64,000 nucleotides of DNA from the NCBI GenBank assembly GCA_963668025.2, contig CAXXTH010000018.1, forward strand, positions 128,001 to 192,000, in the 5' to 3' direction. This DNA comes from Candidatus Hydrogenedentota bacterium. GTDB lineage: Bacteria > Hydrogenedentota > Hydrogenedentia > Hydrogenedentales > SLHB01. The position numbers and the translations under genes are program-made. Below, in pieces: positions 61,113-64,000 of this stretch. Position 1 is the stretch's first letter. The number at the start of each line of letters is the position of its first letter. The notes beneath the pieces were generated by a model. It searched no databases, had not been told where the DNA came from, and saw nothing but the letters and a program-made list of their open reading frames with translations.

Positions 61113-63689
61113 TTAGTCATGCCGAACCCAAACGGCCATGGCTCCTCCCGCCGTGTATGGATTTCGTTCCGACACAATGAAACGAATAGCGGTCTCAGGC
61201 GGCCCATATTTTTGTGAATCGGCATTATAATACGCCCCCATATCCGTTTGAGCGAATTTTATGCGATACTGTCCTTTCTGATTGTTGCTCATAGGCCGCC
61301 ACTCAAGCGTTCCAGGAACCTGCCTAGCAAAAAGCGGCAAGTCTTTCGCTGGCGCTCCATTTGTATCAAACGCTTCAGCGGATATTGCAAAACAGCCTGT
61401 TTCTTCTCGTTCGCACGAAATTTTCAATCCTTTCGATGCCAGCACCCGGCGCGCCAGGGCATATGCTTTGGGCAACGGCGCATTATTCGCCAGCGCTTCC
61501 GCAAAAGGATTGAACGGCTGGACATCGCAGCCCAGTTCTTTCCAACGCGCAATCGCTTCCTGGGCGGAAGCAATACAATCGCATGTTTCTTCCTCGGGTG
61601 CTTGAGGCGTCATCCATACCAAGGCCGTGCCCCACGGTTTCAAACTACACGCATAATATCCATTGCCTTCTTTTGCTAATTCCTCATTGGTTAAGGCATC
61701 CATGGCCTGTAAATCGTTTCCAGCATCGAGCGCTGGCTTAAGCTTCACCTGTGCGTTCTCGCCTGTACGATTGATCAACACACTCAGCAGTGTCACGCCA
61801 TCCGTAAGCGTCAGTATATGCGCCCGCGCCATGCCGCTATCCATTTCGATGGGGCGCAACACATCAGCAGAAAAGTGTTTCAAAACAGCACTTTCCACAT
61901 TTTCTATAGGAACAGGATAATATGGGTGCTCCCAATGCCAAGCTCCTTCGCCGGTTTGAAACGAATTCACGAGGGTCCGCTGTAGATCAGCCGGTGGGAA
62001 TTCCATCTTAATCCACCGGGACGCCGCCTTCCCGGAAGGCTTGAAACCTTCCGGCGTCGGCCGTACAAACTCGTCATATTGGGCGAAATCGCCCCATGTA
62101 AACAGCGTGCCGCCTGCCTTGAGATAGGCTTGCAGATTCCGCCGGGCTTGGCCAGACACCTTCGGATTATCGATGCTGATCAGCACCGGCATGCGCTTGG
62201 CCAAATCCGCCGAAACCAACTCATCTCCCACGAGCGTCAGTTGCCAATGCCGGTCCATGGCGTCTTGGAAGAATCCCGTCCAGCGCGGCTCCCACGAGGA
62301 CAGCCACGTATTATCCGAGATGTAGAGCCCTACTTGGGGCTGGAGGCGGCTCATACCCGTCAGCACAGGCCATGCCTGCCGTATTTCACCAAATACTTCC
62401 TTGACCGCAGGCTCCGTGGCCGTGTCTTTGATGAACCATTCCCCATCACCCAAGGAAGACCGCCAATGAATGGGGCCGATATGCCAGAGTCCCATGCCGA
62501 GGCATTCGTAGATCAGCCGCCGCGCCATCTTGGGCGTAAATGTCCGGCCGCCGCCGCGCGCCGTGGTGTCAAGCGTCTTGTTGCCCAAGCGGGGCGCAAT
62601 CACGGGAACGCCGTAGGCCGTGAAATTCGACAAATAGAGCATATTGAGCGATTCGGTGTCCTCGTCGATCATGATATGGCCCATCTCGAAGCCATCACAC
62701 GCCTTCGCCAACAGCGAGGGAGGCTGCCCGAGCGTCTTGCGTTTATCACCCCCAAACGGATTTCCGTGGGTGGGATAGCAGACTGGCCTGCTGGGATCGG
62801 CGTACAGAAAATCTTGCATATGCCGGGCGGCGCGGTCCGCGATGGCCTGTTCGCGGAAACGGTACCAAGCCGCTTGAGACATATTCGGAATCGACGAAAG
62901 AATGCGCTGGGTGTCGATCGGAATCTTCAATCCCCACTGTTTGCAGTAGGCGTCATAGTGCGCGCGGGACGCGGGCCGGAAATCACCCACGGGCAGCGTA
63001 AAGTAATCAGGATATGCTTCTTCCGTTCCAATGCCCCATGCCGACACGAAAGGATTGCCGCGCAGTCCGGATGCGTTCCGCCGGATCAACTCGGAGGCAA
63101 GCCCCATCAATGTGGGATCATCCACGGCAGGCACTGCGCTCTCGATATTGCGGATGGGATTGCTCACCACGGATATGCGCTTGCCCTCGGCATCCAACAT
63201 ATACGCTTCCGGGTGGGCTTTCTGGAAAGCGTCCGAATAATACGTGAAATAGGGATTATTCCGGTCGCCCAGCATGACACACGCATGCGCCTGTTCCTGC
63301 CGCAACAATGCATCGGTATTTTTCAGCCATTCACGGCTTCTATTGCTATCAACAAACCGGGAAACTCCGTCCTGTTCTTCCGCCGGGACAGGATCAATGC
63401 TGGAAATAGCCTCGGTGGCATTGGCTCCCGTGCGCGTTTTACAATCTGGGAGATCGGAAAGATTATCGAACACGCTGAGATGCTCGCCGGGCCGGATGAT
63501 CCATCGCTGGTAGACGGCATCCAATTCAGAAGGAAAAACCAACGTCTTTTGAGATGAAACAGATGATTCCGCTTGTGCGGAGCCAGCGGTAAACAACATG
63601 CCCGCGAGAATCAATGCGCTTACGAAAAACAAACAACCGGTGATAACGCCTTCCGCTGTCCACTCCATCGAACTTAATCCTTTCCTCAT
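61113..63689 (-). CDS. Exported hypothetical protein, possibly glycoside-hydrolase-like
   Basis: 858 aa with N-terminal signal; HPEAY..D..G, GTEE, W.RFR pattern and PQVGLYIS loosely recall GH42-like barrels. Family not certain. Confidence 0.55.
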   Translation of the reverse strand: MRKGLSSMEWTAEGVITGCLFFVSALILAGMLFTAGSAQAESSVSSQKTLVFPSELDAVYQRWIIRPGEHLSVFDNLSDLPDCKTRTGANATEAISSIDPVPAEEQDGVSRFVDSNRSREWLKNTDALLRQEQAHACVMLGDRNNPYFTYYSDAFQKAHPEAYMLDAEGKRISVVSNPIRNIESAVPAVDDPTLMGLASELIRRNASGLRGNPFVSAWGIGTEEAYPDYFTLPVGDFRPASRAHYDAYCKQWGLKIPIDTQRILSSIPNMSQAAWYRFREQAIADRAARHMQDFLYADPSRPVCYPTHGNPFGGDKRKTLGQPPSLLAKACDGFEMGHIMIDEDTESLNMLYLSNFTAYGVPVIAPRLGNKTLDTTARGGGRTFTPKMARRLIYECLGMGLWHIGPIHWRSSLGDGEWFIKDTATEPAVKEVFGEIRQAWPVLTGMSRLQPQVGLYISDNTWLSSWEPRWTGFFQDAMDRHWQLTLVGDELVSADLAKRMPVLISIDNPKVSGQARRNLQAYLKAGGTLFTWGDFAQYDEFVRPTPEGFKPSGKAASRWIKMEFPPADLQRTLVNSFQTGEGAWHWEHPYYPVPIENVESAVLKHFSADVLRPIEMDSGMARAHILTLTDGVTLLSVLINRTGENAQVKLKPALDAGNDLQAMDALTNEELAKEGNGYYACSLKPWGTALVWMTPQAPEEETCDCIASAQEAIARWKELGCDVQPFNPFAEALANNAPLPKAYALARRVLASKGLKISCEREETGCFAISAEAFDTNGAPAKDLPLFARQVPGTLEWRPMSNNQKGQYRIKFAQTDMGAYYNADSQKYGPPETAIRFIVSERNPYTAGGAMAVWVRHD

Positions 63690-63691
63690 GC

Positions 63692-64000
63692 TTATTTATT
63701 TCCATCATCAGGTGATGTGTCAGGCACGGGATCATTCGCCAAAGGCAGCACGGTATAAACTAACGCACCACTCTGGATTCTCCCTGGCCTAGATACCCGT
63801 ATCACGAGCCGGACCGGGCCTTCCATCGGCTTATACGCTTGGGTGTTTACATCATACATAACAGGCCGTTCGGCTGCCGGCAACGAAATCGAGTATTTCC
63901 CCTCGCCTTCATCGCGGCATAGCCGCCACATATACGCCCCCGACGTTATACGCGCCTGCACCCGGCCGTCCGTCACAGGCTGGCCTTGCGCATCGAGCAG
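63692..64000 (-). CDS. 3' end of a gene entering from outside the window; probable paralog of 61113-63689
   Basis: ARITSG..WR...GKYSI...YDVNTQAYKP..GPVRLVI resembles ARQVPG..WR...GQYRI...YNADSQKYGP...IRFIV. Confidence 0.6.
   Translation of the reverse strand: MLDAQGQPVTDGRVQARITSGAYMWRLCRDEGEGKYSISLPAAERPVMYDVNTQAYKPMEGPVRLVIRVSRPGRIQSGALVYTVLPLANDPVPDTSPDDGNK

Noticed and set aside
62079-63557. 492-aa plus-strand ORF
   Set aside because: Antisense shadow of the 858-aa gene; no recognisable features.

Overview
Bacterial chromosomal window. Gene content (DUF1559/H-X9-DG prepilin-like protein, beta-helix surface proteins, ECF/anti-sigma pairs) suggests Candidatus Hydrogenedentota or a related lineage; this is an inference. 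Core content: RND adaptor and TolC, sulfatase-like and trypsin-like proteins, tRNA-Gln(CTG), a stand-alone dnaA with upstream DnaA boxes, a MazG-like gene, sugar-nucleotide enzymes, ArnT-like GT39, a CNT transporter, thiD, a C25 peptidase, a frameshifted Type IIG-like R-M gene and sialidase/GH-like genes. Two accessory loci stand out. (1) 7.1-15.9 kb: a YtrA-like GntR and ABC ATPase followed by five divergent permease-like genes, with a CACAGAG/CACGGGG-family repeat at every gene junction. (2) 21.4-38.5 kb: an operon with a large divergent subtilase/beta-helix protein, a headless alternative copy of its C-terminal ~388 codons (now hit by IS66), five mosaic beta-helix proteins sharing a 'LPLAAGA-TM-RR' C-terminal tail, and an XrtH-like exosortase with a large coiled-coil insertion plus its partner gene. 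The same repeat family marks the 5' boundary of the headless cassette, suggesting repeat-delimited cassette diversification of envelope proteins. All functional calls come from motif recognition by eye; no searches were run.
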